DNA of 56,228 nucleotides from a virus (Duplodnaviria; Caudoviricetes): IMG/VR virus record IMGVR_UViG_3300032579_000889, positions 1 to 56,228 of that record; one strand, 5' to 3'. Shown piece by piece: positions 10,874 to 19,364 of this stretch (position 1 is its first letter; each line of letters starts with the position of its first letter). The notes under the pieces were generated by a model. It saw only the letters and a program-made list of their open reading frames with translations, ran no database searches and was not told where the DNA came from. The position numbers and the translations under genes were made by a program.

Positions 10874-11842
10874 ATGGCAACCCAAAAACAGGGAGAAATT
10901 TACGTCACTAAACGAGATGGACATAGAGAGCTATTAAACATCGAGAAATGGCAAGCGCAGATTGCCAAAGTATGTAAGAATGTTGCAGACGTAAGCCAGT
11001 CAATGATTGAAATCAAAGCACAACCTCATTTCTACAATGGTATTATGACAAAAGAAATAGATGGCATAACCTTGCGTGCTATAGTTGATCTAATTGATAT
11101 AGATATCAACCCTGATACTGGACACACGAATTATCAGTATGTAGCAGGTAAACAACGCTTATCGATGCTTCGCAAGGATGTTTATGGAACATATGATGTA
11201 CCGCACTTATATCAAATTGTTAAACGAAATGTTGAAGTTGGTCTTTATACAGCTGATCTTTTGAAATGGTATACCGAAGAAGACTGGAACAAAATGAACG
11301 ATATGCTGGATCATGAAAAAGATGAACAGTACAGTTACGCAGCAATTGAGCAGTTGATTGAAAAGTATCTAGTTCGAAATCGTGCAACGAAAAATATTTA
11401 TGAAACACCACAAATACGGTATATGATAGCTGCGGCTACGGTTTTTCATAAAGAGGAACCAAATAATGCTCGTATGCGATACATCAAAGAATACTATCAG
11501 TCTGCTTCAGAGGGCTTGTTTACTCTTGCCACGCCTGTATTAGCAGGACTAGGGACACCAACCAAACAGTTTAGTTCGTGTGTGCTTATACGTAGTGACG
11601 ATGACCTAGACAGTATCTTTGCATCAGGAGAAATGATGGCAAAATATGCTAGCAAACGTGCTGGCATTGGGTTGGAAATTGGCAGATTGCGACCATTGGG
11701 AAGTCCTATCAGAGGCGGTGAAATCATGCACACTGGTATGATTCCATTTTTAAAGAAATGGTTTGGGGATTTGCGTAGTTGCTGTGTTACCCCAGATACC
11801 TGGGTAGAGGTTTTAGATGAAGATAATTCTACAGATAAATGA
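10874..11842 (+). CDS. nrdA: RNR class Ia alpha, piece 1 (ATP cone to ...GDLRSC) fused to 19-aa split intein N-half
   Basis: VTKRDG ATP cone, ETPQ, TPVLAG, FSSCVL (C225 equivalent); ends CVTPDTWVEV... Confidence 0.95.
   Translation: MATQKQGEIYVTKRDGHRELLNIEKWQAQIAKVCKNVADVSQSMIEIKAQPHFYNGIMTKEIDGITLRAIVDLIDIDINPDTGHTNYQYVAGKQRLSMLRKDVYGTYDVPHLYQIVKRNVEVGLYTADLLKWYTEEDWNKMNDMLDHEKDEQYSYAAIEQLIEKYLVRNRATKNIYETPQIRYMIAAATVFHKEEPNNARMRYIKEYYQSASEGLFTLATPVLAGLGTPTKQFSSCVLIRSDDDLDSIFASGEMMAKYASKRAGIGLEIGRLRPLGSPIRGGEIMHTGMIPFLKKWFGDLRSCCVTPDTWVEVLDEDNSTDK
11783..11839 (+). mobile_element. atypical split intein N-fragment 1 (19 aa)
   Basis: CVTPDTWVEVLDEDNSTDK matches intein block A and begins where the NrdA SC-SQGG motif is broken. 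Confidence 0.85.
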
Positions 11843-11847
11843 CAGTT

Positions 11848-11888
11848 TTTCGTATACCAGCATAAATAATATGGAGGTATACGAAATG
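11848..11888 (+). promoter_or_regulatory. RBS-sequestering hairpin with late promoter in loop
   Basis: TTTCGTATACC / GGTATACGAAA perfect stem overlapping GGAGG and reaching the A of ATG 11886; TAAATA at 11863-11868. Confidence 0.8.
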
Positions 11889-12980
11889 CTAAATTATCTA
11901 CAAGAATCATATAATGGATCACAAACTAATATGCTAATAAACTCTGCTTATTATTGCTATACACTTAAAGACACGGAAACAGGAAAGTTTTACTCTGGTT
12001 CTCGTGGAGTTGAAGGTAGTGGTATGCACGACTTGTTAATAAAGTATTTTACTAGTTCAACAGTGATTGATTTTAAGGAAAAACTAAAAAAATTCCCAGA
12101 TTTGTTTGAATATAGAGTTGAATACTTTAAAACCAGAAGCGATGCATTTGCAGCAGAAAAAATATTCCATCAAAAGCATCAAGTTGGTAAGAATCCTGAG
12201 TTTTTAAATTCTCTTACCGCAGGAGGATCAAACTGTGGGGCAGGATCTGTGTTATGTAAAGACAACTATGGCAATACTTATCGAGTAACGGTAGAAGAAT
12301 TCGCCACAGGAAAACATCAGCACGTATCGAAAGGTATGATGAATATACGCACAGAAACAGGTATTAAAAAAATATATACCACAGACTTCGATCCTAATAC
12401 TCAATTAACTGAATTTAAAGATCACGTTCTGGCATTAGACACGACTACTGGAAAAACTTTCAGAATCCCAAAGACTACTTTTGAGTCTAACCCTAATTTT
12501 GTCGGCATTACTAAAGGGAAAGTATCGGCATACGATACTGTTAATAAATGTAAAATACTAGTGTCACAGAATGAATTCAACAACTCAAATGGCAGATACG
12601 TTGGTAATACATTTGGGGTAGTTCCGGTTATAGACAGAGACACCGGTGAGAAGAAACTAGTAGAAAAAGAAAAATATGATAAAAATGTATATAAACATCA
12701 TAATACTGGAAATGTTGTGGTATATTCCATTTCTGAAAGAAAAGTTGTTGCAATAAGCAAGGAAGAATATGAGACAAATTCTACTAACTACGCCAATTTA
12801 GCTACTAAGGTTTTCTATAAAGTAGATGGTAAGTTTTTTAAATCAAAAGATCTAATGAATGAATACTACAAAACAACTAGAGGTAAAACAGTATTAAAAG
12901 TCAGTCAATTTGAGATGTCCGATAGATTTACTGATATCAAAACTTTAACTAGAGAAGAACACGAAAATGGTAAAAACTAA
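11886..12980 (+). CDS. homing endonuclease, GIY-YIG-like with C-terminal tandem repeats
   Basis: YYCY..KFYSGSR..YFTSS..E..N N-terminal domain; about six 30-33 aa repeats; lies between split intein halves. Confidence 0.75.
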   Translation: MLNYLQESYNGSQTNMLINSAYYCYTLKDTETGKFYSGSRGVEGSGMHDLLIKYFTSSTVIDFKEKLKKFPDLFEYRVEYFKTRSDAFAAEKIFHQKHQVGKNPEFLNSLTAGGSNCGAGSVLCKDNYGNTYRVTVEEFATGKHQHVSKGMMNIRTETGIKKIYTTDFDPNTQLTEFKDHVLALDTTTGKTFRIPKTTFESNPNFVGITKGKVSAYDTVNKCKILVSQNEFNNSNGRYVGNTFGVVPVIDRDTGEKKLVEKEKYDKNVYKHHNTGNVVVYSISERKVVAISKEEYETNSTNYANLATKVFYKVDGKFFKSKDLMNEYYKTTRGKTVLKVSQFEMSDRFTDIKTLTREEHENGKN

Positions 12981-13581
12981 AAAGATTCAAATTAAAGATC
13001 TAACCGCAGGTATGAAAATTAAAACTAAAAATGAGCACGGCGAAATAGTGTTTAAAACAGTAACCAATAAATGGGATACTACTGTAAATCAACACGACCA
13101 AGTTCGATTAGAGTTTGAAAATGGTGTGACATTGAATTGCTCGGTGAATCACCCTATTATGGTACTACATGAGTCAGGATCGTTCTTGCAAAAAAAGCCA
13201 AAGGATCTTACAAATGAAGATCGCGTTCTTACTGAAAATGGATTTACTCGCTTGCTAATTGCCGATTTTGAACAACAAAATGATCCAGGCTATATTGATA
13301 TTACAGTAGACGACACCCATACATTTTTTGCTTCTAATAGCAGTGATGGTCCTATGGTCTTGACTCACAACAGTCAAGGTGGAATCAGGAACGCATGTGT
13401 ACACATAGACTCATATGTAGACAAATTAACTGGATTTGAATTTAACGGCAAAAATTATTATCAAGGTGACATAATTAAAAAAGATGACAAAGTGATAAAT
13501 ATAACTGATGTGCTAACTATTTTAGCCTATATGGGAAGTGATGATGAAAGAGATGCATATTTGCAAAATTTGCTCGGCTAA
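12967..13581 (+). CDS. nrdA: RNR alpha piece 2: IntC1 (135 aa) + 8-aa extein SQGGIRNA + IntN2 (61 aa)
   Basis: Block B CSVNHPI, block F YIDITV, LTHN|S at 13371/13372, NA|CVHIDSYV at 13395/13396. Confidence 0.9.
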   Translation: MVKTKKIQIKDLTAGMKIKTKNEHGEIVFKTVTNKWDTTVNQHDQVRLEFENGVTLNCSVNHPIMVLHESGSFLQKKPKDLTNEDRVLTENGFTRLLIADFEQQNDPGYIDITVDDTHTFFASNSSDGPMVLTHNSQGGIRNACVHIDSYVDKLTGFEFNGKNYYQGDIIKKDDKVINITDVLTILAYMGSDDERDAYLQNLLG

Positions 13582-14467
13582 CGTGAGCCAGTTACAACGA
13601 CATCTGACTATGAGACATAACAGAATGAATTTAAATGAGTATCTCAAAGAATTCAAGTGTGGCGAAGAGTTTAACAAAATCGACAAAAACCTTCGAAAAG
13701 ATAGGGCAAAAAATAGCCCGTGGTCAATTGAATATTATATATCTCGGGGTAAAACTGAAGAAGAAGCAGTTCTTTTAATTAATGAAAAACGAAAAACACG
13801 AAAAAAACAAAAAACAACCCCGTCAAATTCAAATCACTGGGTATCTAAAGGGTATTCGTTAGAAGATGCTGAAATACGAGCACAACAATATAGGTCTGAT
13901 ATAGGTCGTCTCCCTTCATTGGAATCATATATAACGAGGTTTGGAGAAACAATCGGCAAAGACAAATGGAATGGATACCAATCTAAAATTAAAAATCGTC
14001 AAGAAACTTTTTTATCTCGGGCATCTACTGTTAAACACGAGGCAAAATTAATTCGTTGGTTTAAAAATAGTCGGACAGAACACGGGCCTGTTTTGAAGAA
14101 ATTTAGTTATGATAATTACGACAGTTATTGTGATGCAGTAAGAACAGCTACCAAAATATCAATTGCTGTATATGGAAATATCATCGATCCGGAAAAAAAC
14201 AAATTAGGTATAATTTATGGTAAGAATGGATACGCTGTTGATCACAAATTTTCCAAATATGGCGGATTTGTCAACAAGATACATCCATTAATTATAGGAA
14301 GTTATCAAAATTTACAACTAATACCAAAAAAAGAAAATTGCAGAAAAGGTCAATATTGTATTGTTGCAATCGAAGAGGTTCTTGGTTATAAAACAATATT
14401 AGAGGACAAAGAAATATCATCCGACTTGAAGGACAGAATAAATGAAATTTTTATCGAACAGAGTTAA
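13541..14467 (+). CDS. HNH homing endonuclease with N-terminal C2H2 zinc finger
   Basis: CKIC..HLTMRH; VDHKFS...NLQLIPKKEN..KG; TAAATA at 13496-13501. Confidence 0.8.
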   Translation: MMKEMHICKICSANVSQLQRHLTMRHNRMNLNEYLKEFKCGEEFNKIDKNLRKDRAKNSPWSIEYYISRGKTEEEAVLLINEKRKTRKKQKTTPSNSNHWVSKGYSLEDAEIRAQQYRSDIGRLPSLESYITRFGETIGKDKWNGYQSKIKNRQETFLSRASTVKHEAKLIRWFKNSRTEHGPVLKKFSYDNYDSYCDAVRTATKISIAVYGNIIDPEKNKLGIIYGKNGYAVDHKFSKYGGFVNKIHPLIIGSYQNLQLIPKKENCRKGQYCIVAIEEVLGYKTILEDKEISSDLKDRINEIFIEQS

Positions 14468-15404
14468 AATTGATGAAGTAAAATTGGGAGATTTGGTACT
14501 ATCTTGTGATATTGAAACACAAACGGATGTATATCGTAAAGTATTAAATGTCATGAGACCGATAGTTCCACATGAACACCAAGTAAAAATTACATCAACA
14601 TCGGATGCTAAATTAATCACGAGCGACACACATCCTACTGCAATCAATGAATTTGGAAAAATCAAATATGTAAAGGGTGGTGATATTACTACAGCAGATT
14701 ATGTAGTGTCTGTTATCAACAAAAAAGATAAAGTTAAAGAAGTAACTTCTCCTAACGTATCAACTCAATATGCCGATTTTAGCATTGATGAACATGAAAA
14801 TTATTATGCAGGGATAGAACCAGATAAATTATTATTGGCCCACAATAGTGCGACAATTTTTTATCCAATTTGGCATCATCAATTTGACGACCTAATAGTT
14901 CTCAAAAATAATCAAGGAACTGAAGAAACTCGAGTCCGACACATGGATTATGGGGTAGTGCTTAATGCATTCTTTTGGCGTAGATTTAAGAACCAAGAAA
15001 ATATTACCTTCTTTGATCCAAACGAAGTCCCAGATTTGTATGAAGCATTTTACAAAAACACTGCATTATTTGAAGAATTATATGTGAAGTATGAAAAACG
15101 CACAGATTTGCGTACAAAAACCATGAGTGCAGAAGAAGTATTCAAAGGTGGAATTCTCAAAGAACGTACAGATACAGGAAGAATTTATCTAGTATACATT
15201 GATAATGTGCAGGAACAAGGTCCTTTTGATCCAGAATATCATACGATTTATCAAAGCAATCTTTGTTGCGAAATTCTACTTCCCACAAAACCATTCAAAC
15301 GTTTAGATGATAAAAGAAAAATTGTTCGTGTTAAAAAAACAGATGTTGAAGAATTTAAGAAAAATAAATCAAACAATATTATTAAAATGAGAAAACTTAA
15401 ATAA
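14442..15404 (+). CDS. nrdA: RNR alpha piece 3: IntC2 (135 aa) + extein with NLCCE active-site loop + basic tail
   Basis: TSDTHP block B, YADFSI block F, LAHN|SATIFYPIWH at 14846/14847, RVRHMDYGV, QSNLCCEI, tail KRKIVRVKK...KMRKLK. Confidence 0.92.
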   Translation: MKFLSNRVKIDEVKLGDLVLSCDIETQTDVYRKVLNVMRPIVPHEHQVKITSTSDAKLITSDTHPTAINEFGKIKYVKGGDITTADYVVSVINKKDKVKEVTSPNVSTQYADFSIDEHENYYAGIEPDKLLLAHNSATIFYPIWHHQFDDLIVLKNNQGTEETRVRHMDYGVVLNAFFWRRFKNQENITFFDPNEVPDLYEAFYKNTALFEELYVKYEKRTDLRTKTMSAEEVFKGGILKERTDTGRIYLVYIDNVQEQGPFDPEYHTIYQSNLCCEILLPTKPFKRLDDKRKIVRVKKTDVEEFKKNKSNNIIKMRKLK

Positions 15405-15414
15405 TTAATTCATT

Positions 15415-15460
15415 CATTCTAGTGTACATAAATAGTTCATAAATTATGTACACTGGAATG
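15415..15460 (+). promoter_or_regulatory. 17-bp hairpin over the endonuclease RBS containing a late promoter
   Basis: CATTCTAGTGTACATAA / TTATGTACACTGGAATG (one G-U pair); TAAATA at 15429-15434; ATG at 15466. Confidence 0.8.
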
Positions 15461-15465
15461 TATCA

Positions 15466-16200
15466 ATGGATGAATTCAAACCAACCTGGTTAATAATTAA
15501 ACGTCATAATATAACCGGTTTAAAATATTTTTGTAAAACTATCAATAAAGATCCAATAAAATATAAAGGTTCAGGGACAGTATGGATGCGACATTTAAAA
15601 ATACATGGTCATGATGTAACTACAATATGGTGTCAATTATTCACTAATAAAAAAGAAATTGAAAATTATGCAATTAAATTTTCTATAGAAAATGACATTG
15701 TTGGGGCTAGAGATCAAAATGGCAATAAAATTTGGGCCAATTTAATTATTGAAAATGGTCTTGATGGTGGAGGAAATGCAGGCATACGAATGTCATCCCG
15801 ACAAAAAGAAAAAATATGCGATATATGGTCTATCATTACCCCTACTGGTGAAGAAATAGTTATCTCCAATATGCTTGAATTTTGTCGAAATAATAAATTG
15901 AATGCCAGTGCAATGAGTGCAGTTGCGAGAGGGAACAGAGGTCATTATAAAGGCTACAAATGCAAAAAAATCACTAATAACAGAGATGTGATTTATGAAC
16001 CAAAAGATTATGTTTATAAGACAAAAGAAGAAAAAAGTAAGATAACAAGTGATGCAGTTAAAATTGCAAGAAGGAAAATTGCAAAGCCAAAAATAAAATA
16101 TAATGGCACTGTATATAATTCTCTCAGAGAAGCAATTGCTGCCACTGGTATGAGTAGATATTTGTTAGTAAAGAATGGTAAACTATTGAGAAACAATTAG
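15466..16200 (+). CDS. GIY-YIG-like homing endonuclease
   Basis: TGLKYFCKT..YKGSG..W.RHL..HG, WANL..ENG.DGG, C-terminal NUMOD-like segments. Confidence 0.75.
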   Translation: MDEFKPTWLIIKRHNITGLKYFCKTINKDPIKYKGSGTVWMRHLKIHGHDVTTIWCQLFTNKKEIENYAIKFSIENDIVGARDQNGNKIWANLIIENGLDGGGNAGIRMSSRQKEKICDIWSIITPTGEEIVISNMLEFCRNNKLNASAMSAVARGNRGHYKGYKCKKITNNRDVIYEPKDYVYKTKEEKSKITSDAVKIARRKIAKPKIKYNGTVYNSLREAIAATGMSRYLLVKNGKLLRNN

Positions 16201-16220
16201 AATGAGGGTTGACGGTTAAA

Positions 16221-17240
16221 ATGAATAATTTGTATGAAGAAATAAATGAACTACCAGATGATGTCGATGATGATGAATATGAATATTATGAAATTGATGA
16301 AGTAGAAGGTCGTGTGAGTCTCTGCACATTGGGCAGCGTGAATTGGGGCGCATTTAGAAACCCAGAAGACATGCGACGTGCTTGCAGAATTCTACAACGT
16401 AGCTTATGCAATATACTTGATTATCAAGATTTCCTAAGCATACAAAGCAAGCTTAGTAATGATGAGATTCAACCACTTGGAATTGGTGTCACAAACCTTG
16501 CATATTGGCATGCAAAACGCAACTTGAAATATGGTGAAAAAGATTCACTACAAGAAGTAAAAACTTGGATGGAACATCAAGCCTACTATCTCACAGAAGC
16601 TACAGTTGAATTGGCCAAAGAACGTGGTCCTTGTTTACAAAGTAACCAGACACGCTACGGTCAAGGTATCTTCCCTTGGGAATTGCGTGCAACAGGAGTT
16701 AATGAACTTGCTGATTTTACACCTGAATTAGACTGGGAATCACTGCGTTCAAAAATGAAACAATTTGGTGTTCGTAACGCAACACTTATGGCAATAGCTC
16801 CTGTAGAAAGTTCAAGTGTTGTTATCAACAGCACAAATGGTATTGAAATGCCCATGAGTTTAATCAGTGTTAAGGAATCAAAAGCAGGCAGTTTTATTCA
16901 AGTTGTTCCAGAATATCACAAATTAAAGAACAAATATCAATTGCTGTGGGATCAAAAAAACTGTGATGGCTACTTAAAAACTGCTGCCGTATTGGCTGCA
17001 TATATTGATCAATCTATCAGCACAAACACATTTTATTCACCAAGGCATTTTCCAGATCGTAAAATACCAACCACCTTAATTGCCAAGAATCTTATGTTAG
17101 CTCACAAATGGGGTCTCAAAACTCTATATTACTCTCTTCTTGAAAAACAAGGTAGTAAAATGGATGCAGAAAATACTCCAGCTATGATTGAATCTATCAA
17201 TTACGATGACGAAGAGCATTGCGAATCTTGCGTTTTATAA
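16221..17240 (+). CDS. nrdA: RNR alpha piece 4 with acidic N-terminal extension
   Basis: EEINELPDDVDDDEYEYYEIDE then SLCTLG (C462 equivalent), LGIGVTN, APVESSS, KTLYY, C-terminal CESC; alternative TTG start 16209. Confidence 0.95.
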   Translation: MNNLYEEINELPDDVDDDEYEYYEIDEVEGRVSLCTLGSVNWGAFRNPEDMRRACRILQRSLCNILDYQDFLSIQSKLSNDEIQPLGIGVTNLAYWHAKRNLKYGEKDSLQEVKTWMEHQAYYLTEATVELAKERGPCLQSNQTRYGQGIFPWELRATGVNELADFTPELDWESLRSKMKQFGVRNATLMAIAPVESSSVVINSTNGIEMPMSLISVKESKAGSFIQVVPEYHKLKNKYQLLWDQKNCDGYLKTAAVLAAYIDQSISTNTFYSPRHFPDRKIPTTLIAKNLMLAHKWGLKTLYYSLLEKQGSKMDAENTPAMIESINYDDEEHCESCVL

Positions 17241-17279
17241 TAATAATAACAAAATAACAGTTAAGAAAGAGATACAATC

Positions 17280-18380
17280 ATGGCGATCGCACAATACGAT
17301 TTATCTAAAAAAACAGACTATCTCGCCCGTAAAATGTTTTTAGATCCTGCCGGGCCAGTTACAGTTCAACGATTTGAAGAATTTAGATATCCAAAGATAG
17401 CCAGGTTCGAAGAGAACGCACGAGGATTTTTTTGGATTCCTGAAGAAATCAGCCTAACCAAAGACGCTGGCGATTTCAAAAATGCCAGCGAAACTGTTAG
17501 ACATATTTTTACTAGCAATCTACTTCGACAAACAGCATTAGACAGTTTGCAAGGTCGTGCACCGGCACAGGTATTTGGTCCTGTTATTTCAATTCCAGAA
17601 CTTGAGTCGTTGGTTAGCAACTGGAGCTTCTTTGAAACAAATCTACATTCAAAAAGCTATAGTCATATCATTAGAAACATCTATAATGTACCAAAGGATG
17701 AATTTAATAAAATTCACGAGACAGCACCAATCATTGAAATGGCTGCACAGATTGGCAAATACTACGACGACCTGCACGTCATTAATTGCAAAAAAGAACT
17801 TGGTGTTGACGTTGATGAAAAGGACCATGTTAAGTCGATATGGTTAGCATTACATACTAGCTATGCACTCGAAGCACTGCGATTTATGGTATCGTTTGCA
17901 ACCAGTCTTGCAATGGTAGAGAACAAAATTTTCATTGGCAACGGTAACATCATCAGTCTTATTTTGCAAGACGAGCTGTTGCATAGAGACTGGACTGCAT
18001 ACCTCATCAATCAGTGTGCAAAAGATGACTCGCGTTTTGCAGAAATCAAACAAGAATGCACAGCCGAAGTTTATCAAATCTACATGGATGTTATACAAGA
18101 AGAAAAAGACTGGGCAGATTATTTGTTCAAATTTGGTCCTGTAATCGGACTTAATTCTCAAATACTCAAGGACTTTATGGATTTTACTGCTGCTGCTGCA
18201 CTAAAGGAAATCGGTATAAAGTACACATTGCCTGCTCCAAAGACCACACCAATACCTTGGTTCAATAAGCACAGCAACACCAGCAACAAGCAATCAGCTC
18301 TCCAGGAAACCGAAAGCACTAACTATGTAATAGGAATTATGTCGGAGGTAATAGATTATTCTGAGCTACCACAGATCTGA
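17280..18380 (+). CDS. nrdB: RNR class Ia beta subunit
   Basis: FFWIPEE, LDSLQ, ETNLHSKSY, LEALRF, DELLH. Confidence 0.95.
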   Translation: MAIAQYDLSKKTDYLARKMFLDPAGPVTVQRFEEFRYPKIARFEENARGFFWIPEEISLTKDAGDFKNASETVRHIFTSNLLRQTALDSLQGRAPAQVFGPVISIPELESLVSNWSFFETNLHSKSYSHIIRNIYNVPKDEFNKIHETAPIIEMAAQIGKYYDDLHVINCKKELGVDVDEKDHVKSIWLALHTSYALEALRFMVSFATSLAMVENKIFIGNGNIISLILQDELLHRDWTAYLINQCAKDDSRFAEIKQECTAEVYQIYMDVIQEEKDWADYLFKFGPVIGLNSQILKDFMDFTAAAALKEIGIKYTLPAPKTTPIPWFNKHSNTSNKQSALQETESTNYVIGIMSEVIDYSELPQI

Positions 18381-19069
18381 TGAAAATAGCAGTTATCACA
18401 CCTTATTACAAAGAAAAAGCTGAAATTTTATCTCGTTGTCATCAGTCTGTTCTAAATCAAACATATGAGCAAATCACACACATAATGGTAGCCGACGGTG
18501 ACCCACACCCGATGGTTGAAAAGTTACAAACATGCGAACATTTGATTTTACCATATTGTCACAATGATGCAGGAGCAACTCCTAGAGCCATTGGAGCACT
18601 ATCAGCCTTCAGTAGACACTATGATTGTATTGCATTTTTAGACGCTGATAACACATATGAAGATAATCATATTGAGATAATGGTTAATAATTTAGGCAAT
18701 AGAGATGTTTTAACTGCTACTAGAAATATTCGTGACCTCAATGGAAAACTACTCTACGTAGACACCGTTGAAAGTAACGGCGACACATTTTGCGACACCA
18801 ACTGTTTATTTTTAACCAAAAATGTAATGCATTTATTACACAACTGGATTGTGCCTGAACATTTGAAATTGTGGAGTGATAGAATTTTCTGGACTGCAAT
18901 TAAAGGTAACACAACAAGTATAGCACATGTTAGTGTCCCAACAGTTAATTATTATTCACGATGGGCATGGCATTATCAATATGCAGGCGTTACTCCACCT
19001 GACTCAAGTGTATGGATTGACCAAACCTCAGAAGGTAAATTAATATATAAACAACATCAAAATAGTTAA
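18380..19069 (+). CDS. glycosyltransferase family 2
   Basis: VITPYY, VADG, FLDAD (DxD) motifs. Confidence 0.85.
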   Translation: MKIAVITPYYKEKAEILSRCHQSVLNQTYEQITHIMVADGDPHPMVEKLQTCEHLILPYCHNDAGATPRAIGALSAFSRHYDCIAFLDADNTYEDNHIEIMVNNLGNRDVLTATRNIRDLNGKLLYVDTVESNGDTFCDTNCLFLTKNVMHLLHNWIVPEHLKLWSDRIFWTAIKGNTTSIAHVSVPTVNYYSRWAWHYQYAGVTPPDSSVWIDQTSEGKLIYKQHQNS

Positions 19070-19077
19070 GGTAAAAT

Positions 19078-19341
19078 ATGAAAGCAGAAATTTATACAAA
19101 ACTGAATTGCCCCTATTGCACTAAAGCCAAAGAGCTATTGAATGATAAAGGGATTGAGTATCATGAATATCTAATAAGTCCAGGATTTGGTGAAAAAGGT
19201 TATAAAAATCAGAGTTATATAACACGTGATGATTTGCTTCAAAAACTTCCTACCGCTAAAACTGTTCCTCAGATTTGGTTAGATGAACAACACATAGGCG
19301 GGTATACTGATTTAGTTGAATTCCTAGCAAAAAATAACTAA
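19078..19341 (+). CDS. glutaredoxin
   Basis: CPYC, TVPQI and IGGYTDL motifs. Confidence 0.93.
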   Translation: MKAEIYTKLNCPYCTKAKELLNDKGIEYHEYLISPGFGEKGYKNQSYITRDDLLQKLPTAKTVPQIWLDEQHIGGYTDLVEFLAKNN

Positions 19342-19364
19342 CTAAATACAAGGGAGAACCTATA

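Noticed and set aside
11843-16220. Group I introns as the explanation for the nrdA interruptions
   Set aside because: The gaps are filled almost entirely by ORFs that overlap the flanking pieces, leaving no room for a ribozyme core. Two junctions have clear intein C|...HN|S motifs.
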